DNA of 64,000 nucleotides, from positions 5,317 through 69,316 of the forward strand of contig CABUDL010000007.1 in the NCBI GenBank assembly GCA_902490335.1, written 5' to 3'. Position 1 is the stretch's first letter. Each line of letters starts with the position of its first letter. The stretch comes from an uncultured Clostridium sp. Lineage in GTDB: Bacteria > Bacillota > Clostridia > Oscillospirales > Ruminococcaceae. A program made the translations under genes and the position numbers. Positions 49,532-59,699 of this stretch are shown one piece after another. The notes beneath the pieces were generated by a model. That model was not told the origin of the DNA and did not search any database. It saw only the letters and a list, made by a program, of their open reading frames with translations.

Positions 49532-50020
49532 ATGAGAGTAGTCGTACTGTCCGACACCCACGGCAGAGTGGAGCGAATCAAAAAGGTCATCGAGCAGCAG
49601 CCGCAGGCGGAACTGTTCATCTTTTTAGGGGACGGGCTGCGTGATTTCCGCCAGGCGATGTACGGAGTGCCGGTGGAGGAGTGGCGTGTCTGTGGAAACT
49701 GCGATTTTGGCTCCAATGAGGAGTACACCTTGATTTCCTATGTCAAGGATGTCAAGTTCTATTGTGTACACGGACACCAGTGGAATGTGAAGTACAGTCT
49801 GGGAGAGCTGATCGACCAGGCGCGCAGCAAAGATGCCAATGTTTTGCTGTATGGGCACACCCATCAGGCGCACTATGAGTACCGGGACGGGCTGCACATC
49901 TTTAATCCGGGCAGCTTGGGCAGTCCAAAGGAGCCGATCTACCCCACCTATGGGACCATCGACATTCAGGGCAAAAGCATCGTTTTTAACCATGTGCCCC
50001 TGGAGGAGAGGGACCGATGA
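49532..50020 (+). CDS. YfcE/YsnB family metallophosphoesterase
   Basis: SDTHG, LGD, GNCD, HGH, GHTH, NPGS. Confidence 0.93.
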   Translation: MRVVVLSDTHGRVERIKKVIEQQPQAELFIFLGDGLRDFRQAMYGVPVEEWRVCGNCDFGSNEEYTLISYVKDVKFYCVHGHQWNVKYSLGELIDQARSKDANVLLYGHTHQAHYEYRDGLHIFNPGSLGSPKEPIYPTYGTIDIQGKSIVFNHVPLEERDR

Positions 50021-50799
50021 AACAGCTGCGCGGCGGATTCTCGCTGCTGGAATTGGATACCGTCGATTCGACCAACGAATACCTCAAGCGGCAGGGCGGA
50101 CAGCTGCCGGACAAAACAGTGGTGCTGGCACATCGTCAGACTGCCGGAAAAGGACGGCTGGGCAGAAGCTGGCAGTCCGAACCGGGGGAGAGTGTAACGG
50201 CTTCCTGGCTGTTTTGCTCGCTGGAGCCGCAGCAGCTGCAATGGCTGCCGTTGGCAGCGGGAATGGCACTGTATCAATCGTTAGAGGGTCAGCTGGGGCA
50301 GCAGACACAGCGTCTGTTTCTCAAATGGCCCAACGATCTGGTTGGCAGGCAGGTGGACGGCAGCTTTAAAAAGCTGGCGGGCATCCTGTGCGAAAGCCGC
50401 TGCGGGGAGCGCTCCTTTGCGGTGTGCGGCATCGGAGTAAACCTGCATCAGCCGCCGTCCTTTTTTGAGCAGGCGGGTCTGCCCGATGCAGGGTCGGTTT
50501 TTCAGGTGTTTTGCTGTGTGCCGGATGCCTATGGGCTGCTCGAGGAGATTGGAGTACATCTGCAAAATTGGCTGCTTTTACTCAAAGCAGGACCGAAGCT
50601 GCTGCTGGACGCATACTCTGCCCGCTGCATGACGTTAGGCAGGCAGGTCTGCATCTGCCGGGAAGGGCAGGCGCCAATGAAAGCGAAAGCCATTCGCATC
50701 GACAGCGACGGACAGCTGGTATGTCTGACACAAACAGAAGAAGTAAAGGTGCGCGCGGGAGAGGTTTCGGTGCGCGGGCTTTATGGATATGCAGAATAA
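50017..50799 (+). CDS. birA: Biotin-[acetyl-CoA-carboxylase] ligase (no HTH)
   Basis: DSTN, QTAGKGRLGRSW, KWPND, KLAGIL.E, GIGVN. Confidence 0.92.
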   Translation: MKQLRGGFSLLELDTVDSTNEYLKRQGGQLPDKTVVLAHRQTAGKGRLGRSWQSEPGESVTASWLFCSLEPQQLQWLPLAAGMALYQSLEGQLGQQTQRLFLKWPNDLVGRQVDGSFKKLAGILCESRCGERSFAVCGIGVNLHQPPSFFEQAGLPDAGSVFQVFCCVPDAYGLLEEIGVHLQNWLLLLKAGPKLLLDAYSARCMTLGRQVCICREGQAPMKAKAIRIDSDGQLVCLTQTEEVKVRAGEVSVRGLYGYAE

Positions 50800-50832
50800 A
50801 CAGGAAAAAGAAACAGAAAGAAGGAAGAGAAG

Positions 50833-51621
50833 ATGGATACAAAAGAAAAAGTTTTGCGCAACTTGTCCTATGGACTTTATCAGATTGGAGTGATGGATGG
50901 TCAGCGTCCATGCGGGTGCATCATCAACACCGTTTTTCAGGTGACCAGCGAAAATCCAATCGTTGCCATCAGTATGCACAAGGACAACTATACATGGGAA
51001 CTGATTGAGAAAGAGAACCGCTTTTCGGTATCTATCCTTTCGGAAAAGACCCGCAAGGAGGTCATCCAGAAGCTGGGCTTTGTGTCCGGCAGAGATCACG
51101 ATAAATACGAAGGTTTGCATTATACCGTCAAGGATGGGCTGCCGGTACTGGATGAGCAGTGCAGCGGCGCGCTGATTTGTCAGGTGGTTTCGATTACAGA
51201 CACACCGACCCACAAGGTGATTTTGGCATCGGTGGAGCAGGCGTATGAGCTGAAGAACACCGTTCCGATGACCTACCGCTACTACCATGAGGTCATCAAG
51301 GGTGGAGCGCCGAAGAATGCACCTTCCTATATTGAGCCGGAAGCGGCAACCAAACAGCAGACATCCGCACAGAGATGGGTCTGCGACGTATGCGGATATG
51401 TATACGAAGGGGATCTGACACAGGAGCCGGACGATTACGTCTGCCCACTGTGCGGTGTTGATAAATCTCATTTTATAAAGGAGGAAACAACAATGGCAGA
51501 AACAGAGCGCTGGGTATGTGATGTATGCGGATATGTATACGAAGGAGATCTGACACAGGAGCCGGACGATTACGTTTGCCCACTGTGCGGCGTAGACAAG
51601 AGCCAGTTCACCAAAGAATAA
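50833..51621 (+). CDS. Flavin reductase with two C-terminal rubredoxin-like domains
   Basis: [27 protein letters not shown]; 2x [10 protein letters not shown]...CPLCG. Confidence 0.9.
   Translation: MDTKEKVLRNLSYGLYQIGVMDGQRPCGCIINTVFQVTSENPIVAISMHKDNYTWELIEKENRFSVSILSEKTRKEVIQKLGFVSGRDHDKYEGLHYTVKDGLPVLDEQCSGALICQVVSITDTPTHKVILASVEQAYELKNTVPMTYRYYHEVIKGGAPKNAPSYIEPEAATKQQTSAQRWVCDVCGYVYEGDLTQEPDDYVCPLCGVDKSHFIKEETTMAETERWVCDVCGYVYEGDLTQEPDDYVCPLCGVDKSQFTKE
51376..51609 (+). repeat. Tandem ~99-bp duplication encoding rubredoxin domains
   Basis: Copies start at 51376 and 51511 and differ almost only at synonymous sites. Confidence 0.9.
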
Positions 51622-51677
51622 TCTGAAGGAACACTCTTGATTTCTGTGGGGGACTATGCTATAATGGTCAGTATCAT

Positions 51678-51753
51678 CTGGGTGTGGCGCAGCTGGTAGC
51701 GTGCTACCTTGGGGTGGTAGAGGCCGTGGGTTCAAGTCCCGCCACTCAGACCA
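51678..51753 (+). tRNA. tRNA-Pro(GGG)
   Basis: CTGGGTGTGGCGCAGCTGGTAGC...CTACC-TTGGGGT-GGTAG...GGTTCAAGTCC...CAGACCA, 76 nt. Confidence 0.96.
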
Positions 51754-51772
51754 GCGGCAGATTGTGTCGCAA

Positions 51773-51810
51773 ACAAAAAACGCGTCCACGTTTGTGGACG
51801 CGTTTTTTTG
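51773..51810 (+). terminator. Terminator after tRNA-Pro
   Basis: aaaaaacgcgtccac/gtggacgcgttttttt. Confidence 0.85.
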
Positions 51811-51884
51811 TCATACAGATTGTTTTCGACAGCATAATGAGGAAAGATATTCTAAAAATCGTGATAGCCAGGAGGGGATTTGTA

Positions 51885-52097
51885 ATGAGTTTTTTTAATG
51901 ATGCACAAAAAGAAGCGCTGCTTACAGGGATATATAAATGTCCTGTGTGTGGAAGCCGTATGGAATTTGAAGATGAGTACGAAGAAACGTTAGTTTGTCC
52001 TCAATGTGGGTACGATGAGGATGTGGATCATTATGGCTTTACAGATGAAGAATACAAAGCCATCTATCCGACTAGAGAAGAAATCTGCGATGATTAG
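51885..52097 (+). CDS. Small acidic zinc-ribbon protein (70 aa)
   Basis: CPVCG...CPQCG; AGGAGG RBS; AT-rich codons. Confidence 0.8.
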   Translation: MSFFNDAQKEALLTGIYKCPVCGSRMEFEDEYEETLVCPQCGYDEDVDHYGFTDEEYKAIYPTREEICDD

Positions 52098-52353
52098 GAA
52101 GAACGATTTGTATAGCGCAACAAGAAAAACTTGAAGATAGATTGTTGCTCAATGTTTTTGCACGGAACTGAAAAAGGTGTCACAGTATTTTTTTCGGTAT
52201 CGGCTTTCAGCATTTTTTGTAGTCAGACCCCCGACTCAGTCGAAAATTCGGTTGAAGCGGGTCTTTTTTTGTGGATATTAAAATCAACTTCTGGTATAAA
52301 ATTGAATTATATAAACAAATTGGCGAAATAAGAAGAGGAAGCAAAAAATAACG

Positions 52354-53268
52354 ATGAGAAAAAATATCACGATAAACAACAAACAGTATATTTTTGATGA
52401 TCAGATACGGGACAATCTTGCAGTGCGCACCGGCTTTGACCGCCTGGCGCAGCAGACCTTTGACATTTCCTTTGAGGAGTGGTACAAAGGCGGATGGTGG
52501 CAGGAAAACTATCAGCCGCATCTGTTGCTGCGCGACGGCAAGGTAGCGGCAAATCTGTCGGTCAACCGCATAGATTGTCAAATCAACGGCGTTCGGCGCA
52601 GGCTGCTCCAGCTGGGAACGGTGATGACCGCGCCCGAGGAGAGAGGACAGGGTCTGTGCCGGTTTTTGATGGAGGAGGTGCTGCAGCGCTACCTTGACAG
52701 CTGCGACGGAATCTATCTGTATGCCAACGACAGCGTGCTGGACTTTTATCCGAAATTTGGATTTGAGCAGCGGGAGGAATATCAACACAGCCTGCACTTG
52801 GCAGGTGGACGCGGGCAGGCGGTGCGGCTTTCGATGGAGAACCCAAAGCAGGCAGAGCTGTTTTTGTCGGCAGTGCGGACTGCGGCGCCGACCGAGCAGG
52901 TAAGGCTGCTGCACCCGGAAAGTCTGCTGATGTTTTACTGCACAGGACCGATGCAAGATAAAATCTACTGGCTGCCGGAGCAGCGGACAGCGCTGGTGAT
53001 GGAGCAGGAGGGGGAGATTTTACAGATTCATCAGATGTTTTGTCCTAAGGTGATTCCAACAGAGGAGATTGCCGCTTTGGCAGCAGCGCCGTCGGTCCGG
53101 CAGGTGCAGTTTGGCTTTACCCCGCAGGACTGCGCCGGGATGGAATGTCATCTCCACAAGGAGGAGGACACCACCTTCTTCTGGCATCGTTCCCATCCGT
53201 TTTGGCTGGGAGAAGCCGATGCGCAGGGAGAAACCAAAAGGATGTTTCCGACCCTGTCGCACGCCTGA
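52354..53268 (+). CDS. GNAT family acetyltransferase
   Basis: QLGTVMT.PEERGQGL, LYANDSVLDFYPKFGF, FPTLSHA. Confidence 0.9.
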   Translation: MRKNITINNKQYIFDDQIRDNLAVRTGFDRLAQQTFDISFEEWYKGGWWQENYQPHLLLRDGKVAANLSVNRIDCQINGVRRRLLQLGTVMTAPEERGQGLCRFLMEEVLQRYLDSCDGIYLYANDSVLDFYPKFGFEQREEYQHSLHLAGGRGQAVRLSMENPKQAELFLSAVRTAAPTEQVRLLHPESLLMFYCTGPMQDKIYWLPEQRTALVMEQEGEILQIHQMFCPKVIPTEEIAALAAAPSVRQVQFGFTPQDCAGMECHLHKEEDTTFFWHRSHPFWLGEADAQGETKRMFPTLSHA

Positions 53269-53390
53269 TTGCATAAGCATACAAGACCATACCGATGGTA
53301 TATTCTGCCGCTTTGGGGGTTGCGCACAGACAAAAGCTGTGTTACCATGTTAAATGGAGAGCAAATGATACCTCAGAAAAGGGTGGTAGA

Positions 53391-54746
53391 ATGAAAGAAA
53401 ACAGAGGTCTGATGACCGAGGGAGTCATCTGGAAGCAGCTGCTGCTGTTTGCGCTGCCGCTGCTGCTGGGCAATCTGTTCCAGCAATTTTATAACACGGT
53501 CGATTCCATCGTGGTCGGCAACTACATCGGAGCCAATGCGCTGGCATCGGTGGGAGCGAGCACGCCGATTGTCAATTTGATGGTCGGGATGTTCACCGGT
53601 CTGGGCACCGGCGCGGGTGTGGTCATCGCCCAGTTTTTTGGAGCCAAGGACCACAAGGGTGTGCATGATGGAGTACATACCACCATTGCGCTGTGTATTG
53701 CGTCCGGTCTGGTGATGGCAGTGGCAGGTGTCGGACTTTCGCCGACCATCCTGCGCCTTCTGGATACGCCTGCGGAAATCATGGAGGGGTCGGTGACCTA
53801 TCTTCAGATTTACTTCATGGGTGTGATGGCACTGATGATTTACAACATGGGTTCGGGTATCCTGCGTGCGGTGGGAGATTCCAGAACGCCGCTGTATTTT
53901 TTGATGGTTTCCAGTGTGGTCAACATCCTGCTGGACCTGCTGTTTGTTATTAAAATTCAGATGGGCGTTGCCGGTGTTGCCTGGGCGACGCTGATTGCGC
54001 AGGCAATCTCTGCGTGTCTGGTGCTGATTCGTCTGATGACCAGCACCGAAAGCTACAAGCTGATTGTAAAGGACATCCGTTTTCACAAAAAGGTGCTGCT
54101 GGAAACGGTGCGCATCGGCTTGCCGGGAGGAATCCAGAATGCGGTCATCTCCTTTTCCAACCTAATCGTGCAGTACAACATCAACAGCTTCGGTGCAGCT
54201 GCGGTGGCAGGGTGCAGCGCCTACACCAAGATAGACGGCTTTGCCATTCTGCCGGTGATGAGCTTTTCCATGGCAATCACCACCTTTACCGGACAGAACA
54301 TCGGAGCCAAAAACTATGACCGGGTGCGCAAGGGAGCCAAGACCTGCCTTGTGATGGCACTGGCGGTGACGCTGACCTTGTCGGGTGGGCTGTATCTGTT
54401 TGGAGAAAAGCTGCTGCGGGTCTTTTCTTCCGACCAGCAGGTTTTGTCCTATGCGGTGCAGATGATGCACTTTTTAGTGCCGGGCTATGTCTGTCTGGCG
54501 ACTGCGCACACCTACTGCGGCGTGGTGCGCGGAGCCGGTATCTCGATGGTGCCGATGCTGGCTTTGGTGGGCAATATGTGCGTGCTCAGAGTCATTTGGA
54601 TTTCTTTGGCAATGCCGGTTTTCCACAATATCATTGTTGTCTTTTTAGGCTATTCGCTGACCTGGCTGACCAGCGCTCTGACGATGATCCTCTATTATCA
54701 TCGTTCCGGCTGGCTGGAGCGGCACCAGTTGCAGCGCGTTGCATAA
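53391..54746 (+). CDS. MATE family efflux transporter
   Basis: GNLFQQFYNTVDSIVVG, LRAVGDSRTPL, GQNIGA. Confidence 0.95.
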   Translation: MKENRGLMTEGVIWKQLLLFALPLLLGNLFQQFYNTVDSIVVGNYIGANALASVGASTPIVNLMVGMFTGLGTGAGVVIAQFFGAKDHKGVHDGVHTTIALCIASGLVMAVAGVGLSPTILRLLDTPAEIMEGSVTYLQIYFMGVMALMIYNMGSGILRAVGDSRTPLYFLMVSSVVNILLDLLFVIKIQMGVAGVAWATLIAQAISACLVLIRLMTSTESYKLIVKDIRFHKKVLLETVRIGLPGGIQNAVISFSNLIVQYNINSFGAAAVAGCSAYTKIDGFAILPVMSFSMAITTFTGQNIGAKNYDRVRKGAKTCLVMALAVTLTLSGGLYLFGEKLLRVFSSDQQVLSYAVQMMHFLVPGYVCLATAHTYCGVVRGAGISMVPMLALVGNMCVLRVIWISLAMPVFHNIIVVFLGYSLTWLTSALTMILYYHRSGWLERHQLQRVA

Positions 54747-54773
54747 ATATTTTCTTAGAAAAGGATGGAGAGA

Positions 54774-55694
54774 ATGGAAAAGAAGAGGGCAGAAGTGATG
54801 GGGAGCTTGTCGCTGTTGATAGTGGCAATCATCTGGGGAAGCGGGTTTATCGCTTCGCAGATGGCACTGGATGCGCAGATGAGCTCGGCATTCATCATGT
54901 TCGTTCGTTTTGCAATCGCGGCGCTGATTGTCGGGGTTGTTTTCCACAAGGACCTGAAGAAAAACATGAAGAAGGAACACATCAAGGGCGGGCTGCTGAT
55001 CGGCACCTTTTTGTTCCTGGCGTTCTATGTGCAGACGGTGGCGTTGCAGTACACCACCCCTTCCAACAACGCTTTTATCACCGCAGCCAACGTGGTAATC
55101 GTGCCGTTTTTGTGGTGGGCTATCAGCAAGAAAAAACCGGGAGCGAAATTTATCGTTTCCTCTTTCCTGTGTCTGCTGGGCATCGGCATTCTGTCAATCA
55201 ACTTTTCAGAAGGCTTTGCCTTTAAGATTGGCGACCTGATGACACTGGGCTGTGCCTTTTTGTTCGCCTGCCAGATTGTGACCACCGGTATCCTGGCAAC
55301 AAAGATGGATGCCAAGGTCATTGTATTTTTGCAATTTGCCGTAGCGGCAGTCTGGGGATTCTTTGCCTTCCTGCTGACCGACGGTGATTTTTCCTCCTTC
55401 CTTTCTTCGGAAGGAATGGGTGCGGTCATCTATCTGGGTGTTTTCAGCACCTGCCTGTGTTACTTTTTGCAGACGACCGCACAGCAGCACGTTCACTCGG
55501 CAAAGGCAGCCATTATCCTGTCCACCGAGTCGCTGTTCGGCACCATCTTTTCGGTGCTGCTGGGCTATGACCCGCTGTCGCCGCAGATGGTGGTTGGTGG
55601 AATCATCATTCTGATTTCCATTACCATGACCGAAATCAAGCTCCCCTTTGGTAAGAAGGAGAAGCCGATCCTGGTGGAAAAAAGGGAGGATTGA
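54774..55694 (+). CDS. DMT/EamA family transporter
   Basis: IWGSGF, RFAIA, AFIT, ESLFG; about 10 TM. Confidence 0.92.
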   Translation: MEKKRAEVMGSLSLLIVAIIWGSGFIASQMALDAQMSSAFIMFVRFAIAALIVGVVFHKDLKKNMKKEHIKGGLLIGTFLFLAFYVQTVALQYTTPSNNAFITAANVVIVPFLWWAISKKKPGAKFIVSSFLCLLGIGILSINFSEGFAFKIGDLMTLGCAFLFACQIVTTGILATKMDAKVIVFLQFAVAAVWGFFAFLLTDGDFSSFLSSEGMGAVIYLGVFSTCLCYFLQTTAQQHVHSAKAAIILSTESLFGTIFSVLLGYDPLSPQMVVGGIIILISITMTEIKLPFGKKEKPILVEKRED

Positions 55695-55698
55695 TGGG

Positions 55699-56178
55699 AT
55701 GCTCTACCGACGCAGCTTCGATTCGCCGGTAGGCTGTCTGCGCATGGAGGAGGAGGACGGCTATCTGACCGGCGTGCATTTTGAGCAGGAGCCATCGGTC
55801 CGGTATGCGGACGATACGGTTTTGCTGCGGCAGACCGAGCAGCAGCTGACAGAATATTTTGCCGGCAGCCGCACCGACTTTTCGATTCCGCTGAAGTTGC
55901 AGGGGACCGATTTTCAAAAGCGGGTCTGGAGGGTGCTGCAAACCATTCCCTATGCAAAGACGATGAGCTATGGGCAGGTTGCAGCGCTGGCAGGAAATCC
56001 GAAAGCCTGTCGAGCAGTCGGGATGGCGAACAACCGCAATCCGGTTGCCATCATTGTGCCCTGCCACCGAGTCATCGGTGCAAACGGCAGGATGGTCGGC
56101 TACGGCGGCGGACTGTGGGTCAAGGAAAAGCTGCTGCGTCTGGAGCAGGATGTCCTGAATGGCAATCCAGAAGAATAA
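55699..56178 (+). CDS. ogt: Methylated-DNA-[protein]-cysteine S-methyltransferase
   Basis: GTDFQKRVW, RAVG, IVPCHRVIG. Confidence 0.95.
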   Translation: MLYRRSFDSPVGCLRMEEEDGYLTGVHFEQEPSVRYADDTVLLRQTEQQLTEYFAGSRTDFSIPLKLQGTDFQKRVWRVLQTIPYAKTMSYGQVAALAGNPKACRAVGMANNRNPVAIIVPCHRVIGANGRMVGYGGGLWVKEKLLRLEQDVLNGNPEE

Positions 56179-56237
56179 ATGAAAAAGTCCGTTCTCTTCG
56201 TTTTAGAGAACGGGCTTTTTGTATAGGGATATTTATA

Positions 56238-57371
56238 TTATTTTGACACGGTTGAGGAGTTTTCAACCAGCTGCTGGGCAAGGTCACAGATGCGCTCGGC
56301 AGCATGGCGGGAGATGTTTTGCTGCTGGCACGCGAGCATCTGTCGGGCAGCAGAGGGCTGCAACAGCTGTTCTACGGCAGGCAGCAGTTCCTTTTGCAGC
56401 GAATGAACCGCAAGGCTCATCCCGCGGGAGGAAAAATACTCCATGTTTTTGCTCTCGCAGCCGGGGATGGGATTGATGTGGATGAGCGGCGTGCAGGAGA
56501 CAGCGGCTTCGGTGGAGGAAAGTCCTCCCGGCTTGGAGATGAGCAGCTCGCAGGCTTTCATATAATCTGCCATCTGCGAGGTGTGCTGCACCAGCAGCAG
56601 GCGATCGCCGTACCGCTCTTTGAGCCGCCGGTAGAGCTGCTGATTGCTGCCGCAGATGACGATGAGCCGGATGTCGGGGGAGGATTCATACTGCTTTTGC
56701 AGGATGGAGATGACCCGCATCAGTCCACCGGCACCCATGCTGCCGCCGACCACCAGCAGGTAGCGCAGGGATGGGTCCAGTCCCAGGCGGCGCAGGCTTT
56801 CCTGCTTGTCGGGGGGATTTTCAAAGCTTTGGTCCACCGGTATGCCCAGCGGATAAAGCCGCTCCCTGGGGATACCCCAGCGGGTGAAGGCGGGACGCAG
56901 GTCATCCGAGGGGATGACATACCGGTCGCACTGCACCTCCTCGGTGAAGGGGATGCAGGTGTAGTCGGTGGCAATCAGCAGAGTGGGCGGCAAGCAGATG
57001 CCGTGGTCGCGCATATTGGTCAAGATTTCTCCGGGGAAGATGTGCGGCATGATAATCAAATCGAAGTTGCCCTCTTCCAAAAAGTGCTGCACCGGAAGTG
57101 CCATCCGATGATTGATATGGTAGACCGGCGAGTGGACGGGCAGCCGTCGGTAAAGGTTGCCCAGCTGATAGACCAGCCCGAACAGGCGCGGCGCTTTTTT
57201 GACCAGGTTGATGTAGCTTTGGTTGATCAAGCTCCCTACCCGTGTGTCGGAAAGGGAGTAAGGGTCGAGCATGGTGACCCGATGACCGCGGCGAAGCAGC
57301 TCCTGCTTGACAGCGTTGGCTGCCGAGTTGTGACCGCCGCCGGTCCCACAGGAAAAAATCAGCGCATCCAT
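56238..57371 (-). CDS. MGDG-synthase/UgtP-like glycosyltransferase
   Basis: TGGGHNSAA, ATDY, GIPV, GGSMG, KPGGLSSTEA, PIPGCE. Confidence 0.9.
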   Translation of the reverse strand: MDALIFSCGTGGGHNSAANAVKQELLRRGHRVTMLDPYSLSDTRVGSLINQSYINLVKKAPRLFGLVYQLGNLYRRLPVHSPVYHINHRMALPVQHFLEEGNFDLIIMPHIFPGEILTNMRDHGICLPPTLLIATDYTCIPFTEEVQCDRYVIPSDDLRPAFTRWGIPRERLYPLGIPVDQSFENPPDKQESLRRLGLDPSLRYLLVVGGSMGAGGLMRVISILQKQYESSPDIRLIVICGSNQQLYRRLKERYGDRLLLVQHTSQMADYMKACELLISKPGGLSSTEAAVSCTPLIHINPIPGCESKNMEYFSSRGMSLAVHSLQKELLPAVEQLLQPSAARQMLACQQQNISRHAAERICDLAQQLVENSSTVSK

Positions 57372-57979
57372 AACAGTTTGATAGTACACCTCTCTTTGGA
57401 TTCTTGGCTCAGGTGCATCCGAAGGAAGACACCGGCGGTAATCAGAAGGAATCCCAGACGCACCGAAAGGCTGACGTTAGAAAAACACAGTGCGACAAAG
57501 GAGCACAGGTAGGTGACGATGGTCCGGTAAAAATGAGGGGAAATGCGGACGATGCAGGAAAAGAAGAGAAAGAAAAAAGCGAGGGTCAGCACAGGGACCG
57601 GGTCGGGCAGCAGGGCAAGCAGACAGCCGAAGCTGGTGGCAATCCCTTTTCCGCCGTGCAGGTGGTGAAACAGGGGAAAAATGTGTCCGAGGACCGGCGC
57701 AGCAATCAGCAGGGCAAACACCGGCGACTCGACGGCTGGCGGGTCTTGCGTGGACAGGTACCACGCAACCGGAAGATAGCCTTTAAAAAGGTCGCCGAGC
57801 AGAGTACACACACCGCAGAAAAAGCCGCCCTGCAAAAAGGCGTTGGCGGTGCCGGGGTTGCCGTCGGCGGTGTTTTGGGTGATGTCCTTGTGGGCAAACA
57901 GCAAGCCGAACAGCCGTGCAAACAGGATGCTGCCCAAAAGATAGCCAAAGCAGATGAAGAAAATTTCTCGAAATAACAT
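57359..57979 (-). CDS. plsY: Glycerol-3-phosphate acyltransferase PlsY family
   Basis: YLLGSI, GNPGTANA, DLFKG, GHIFP, GGKGIATSFG. Confidence 0.88.
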   Translation of the reverse strand: MLFREIFFICFGYLLGSILFARLFGLLFAHKDITQNTADGNPGTANAFLQGGFFCGVCTLLGDLFKGYLPVAWYLSTQDPPAVESPVFALLIAAPVLGHIFPLFHHLHGGKGIATSFGCLLALLPDPVPVLTLAFFFLFFSCIVRISPHFYRTIVTYLCSFVALCFSNVSLSVRLGFLLITAGVFLRMHLSQESKERCTIKLLWMR

Positions 57980-58018
57980 GGATGATACCATCCTTTTACA
58001 AAAAATAAGAACAGAGAT

Positions 58019-58549
58019 TTACAGGTCGAGCAGAGTACAGAACTGCTCGAAGGAGGGGTATTCGTCTTGGATGAAGGCAATGGAGCAACCCTGCCGGGTG
58101 CAGTTTTCCAGATAGAAGCGGTTGTCGTCGAGCAGCTGCTCGAGGGTACACCAGCTGTCATCCAGCCGCTGTTCAATGACGTTGGCGGTTGAGCGGATGG
58201 TGGAAAAATGGCTGCGGATGTACTCTTCGCTCATCACCAGAAAGAGCGAGCGGATGCAGCGAAGGGACTGCGGGGAAAAATCCTCTTTCCAATGAAATGG
58301 GATATAGCAGCCTTCCACAATCAGATTCTGATGATTTTCGATGACCGTCTGGACCATCTCCCGCACGATGGACCACAGGTAGTCGGTCAGCTGCTGGTCG
58401 TCGGTAGGGGTAAGGGTGGTCTGACCGCTGCGAATCAGACCCATCTTCAAGTGGTCGATAGAGAGGTACGGGATGTGCAGATGCTCCATCAGCTGTTGTG
58501 CCAGATGGGTTTTACCGGTGTGTGAGGCACCGCTGAGCAGAATGACCAT
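58019..58549 (-). CDS. P-loop nucleotide kinase-like protein
   Basis: GASHTGKT, SIDHLKMGLIRSG, IVEGCYIP. Confidence 0.82.
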   Translation of the reverse strand: MVILLSGASHTGKTHLAQQLMEHLHIPYLSIDHLKMGLIRSGQTTLTPTDDQQLTDYLWSIVREMVQTVIENHQNLIVEGCYIPFHWKEDFSPQSLRCIRSLFLVMSEEYIRSHFSTIRSTANVIEQRLDDSWCTLEQLLDDNRFYLENCTRQGCSIAFIQDEYPSFEQFCTLLDL

Positions 58550-58571
58550 AACAGTGTCCTCCTTTTACAAA

Positions 58572-59699
58572 CTATGAAAGGGTAGGTTTGCCGATGAGGG
58601 TGGTCAACAAAGAAGTATAGCTTTGAAAGGCGCTGGGAAGGGAGACCGAATCGAGCCGGTCGGTCAGCAGAAAATCCTCCGGCAGCAGGCGGTCGATTTG
58701 GCTGAGGGAAAGGGTGTTGTCGCCGGTTTTGACCAGCAGGCAGCTCATCTGCCATTCGATGTGGGTGAAGATGTGGCGGGCAGGTTTTTGCGGCTGCACC
58801 GAAAGAACAGAAAGACCCAATGGTTCGAGCAGCTGCGCGGCTGCCTGCTGTGCCTGCTCCTCGGTAAGCGCTCCTTCGACCGAAGGGATTTCCCAAAGAC
58901 CGGCGAGCAGTCCGCTGTCCGGTCGGCGGTGCAGCAGGGTAAAGGTGCCTTCAGTCGTCCGGCAGAGGATGGCAAAGAGGGTGCGCTGCTGAATCTGCCG
59001 CGCTTTTTTGGGCGCTTTTACCGGGTATTGCTGGGTGCAGCCCTCCTGATGGGCACGGCACAGTGCCGCCAGCGGACACAGCAGACAGCGAGCAGAGGAG
59101 GGCAGACAGACGGTGGCTCCCAGCTCCATCAACGCCTGGTTAAAGTCACCGGCGCTGTGCTGCGGCACCACCGGAAGCAGCAGCTGACGGAAAGTGTGTT
59201 TCGTCTGCGGCAGAGAGATGTCATCGCCGCAGCACAGGATGCGGGAAAGCACCCGCAGGACGTTGCCGTCCACAGCGGGTACGGCGATGCCAAAGGCGAT
59301 GGAGGCAATGGCTCCGGCTGTGTAGTCACCGATGCCGGGCAGACCGGTCAGCTGCCGGTAGTCGGCAGGAAGCTGTCCGTCGTACTGCTCGACCAACAGG
59401 CGGGCGGCTTTTTGCAGATTGCGTGCGCGGCTGTAATAGCCAAGACCTTCCCACAGCTTGAGCAGCCGGTCTTCGGGACAGGCTGCAAGCGCTTGGATAG
59501 AGGGCAGCTGGGAAAGAAAGCGCTCGAAGTAGGGTTTGACCGCCTCGACCCTGGTTTGCTGGAGCATGATCTCCGATACCCACACGCGGTAGGGCGTGGG
59601 CTGGTCCCGCCAGGGAAGGGAGCGTTTGTTCTTTTGATACCAAAACAAAAGCGGCTCAACGATCTGCGTGAGCCGCTCCGGTGCGTTGGGCGCAATCAT
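58572..59699 (-). CDS. mutY: A/G-specific adenine glycosylase
   Basis: LPWR, SEIMLQQT, GLGYYSRARNL, VDGNV, CxxxxxxCxxCxxxxxC, HIFTH. Confidence 0.96.
   Translation of the reverse strand: MIAPNAPERLTQIVEPLLFWYQKNKRSLPWRDQPTPYRVWVSEIMLQQTRVEAVKPYFERFLSQLPSIQALAACPEDRLLKLWEGLGYYSRARNLQKAARLLVEQYDGQLPADYRQLTGLPGIGDYTAGAIASIAFGIAVPAVDGNVLRVLSRILCCGDDISLPQTKHTFRQLLLPVVPQHSAGDFNQALMELGATVCLPSSARCLLCPLAALCRAHQEGCTQQYPVKAPKKARQIQQRTLFAILCRTTEGTFTLLHRRPDSGLLAGLWEIPSVEGALTEEQAQQAAAQLLEPLGLSVLSVQPQKPARHIFTHIEWQMSCLLVKTGDNTLSLSQIDRLLPEDFLLTDRLDSVSLPSAFQSYTSLLTTLIGKPTLS

Noticed and set aside
51684..51884. N-terminal extension of the zinc-ribbon ORF
   Set aside because: It overlaps tRNA-Pro and its terminator; the real start is 51885 with an RBS
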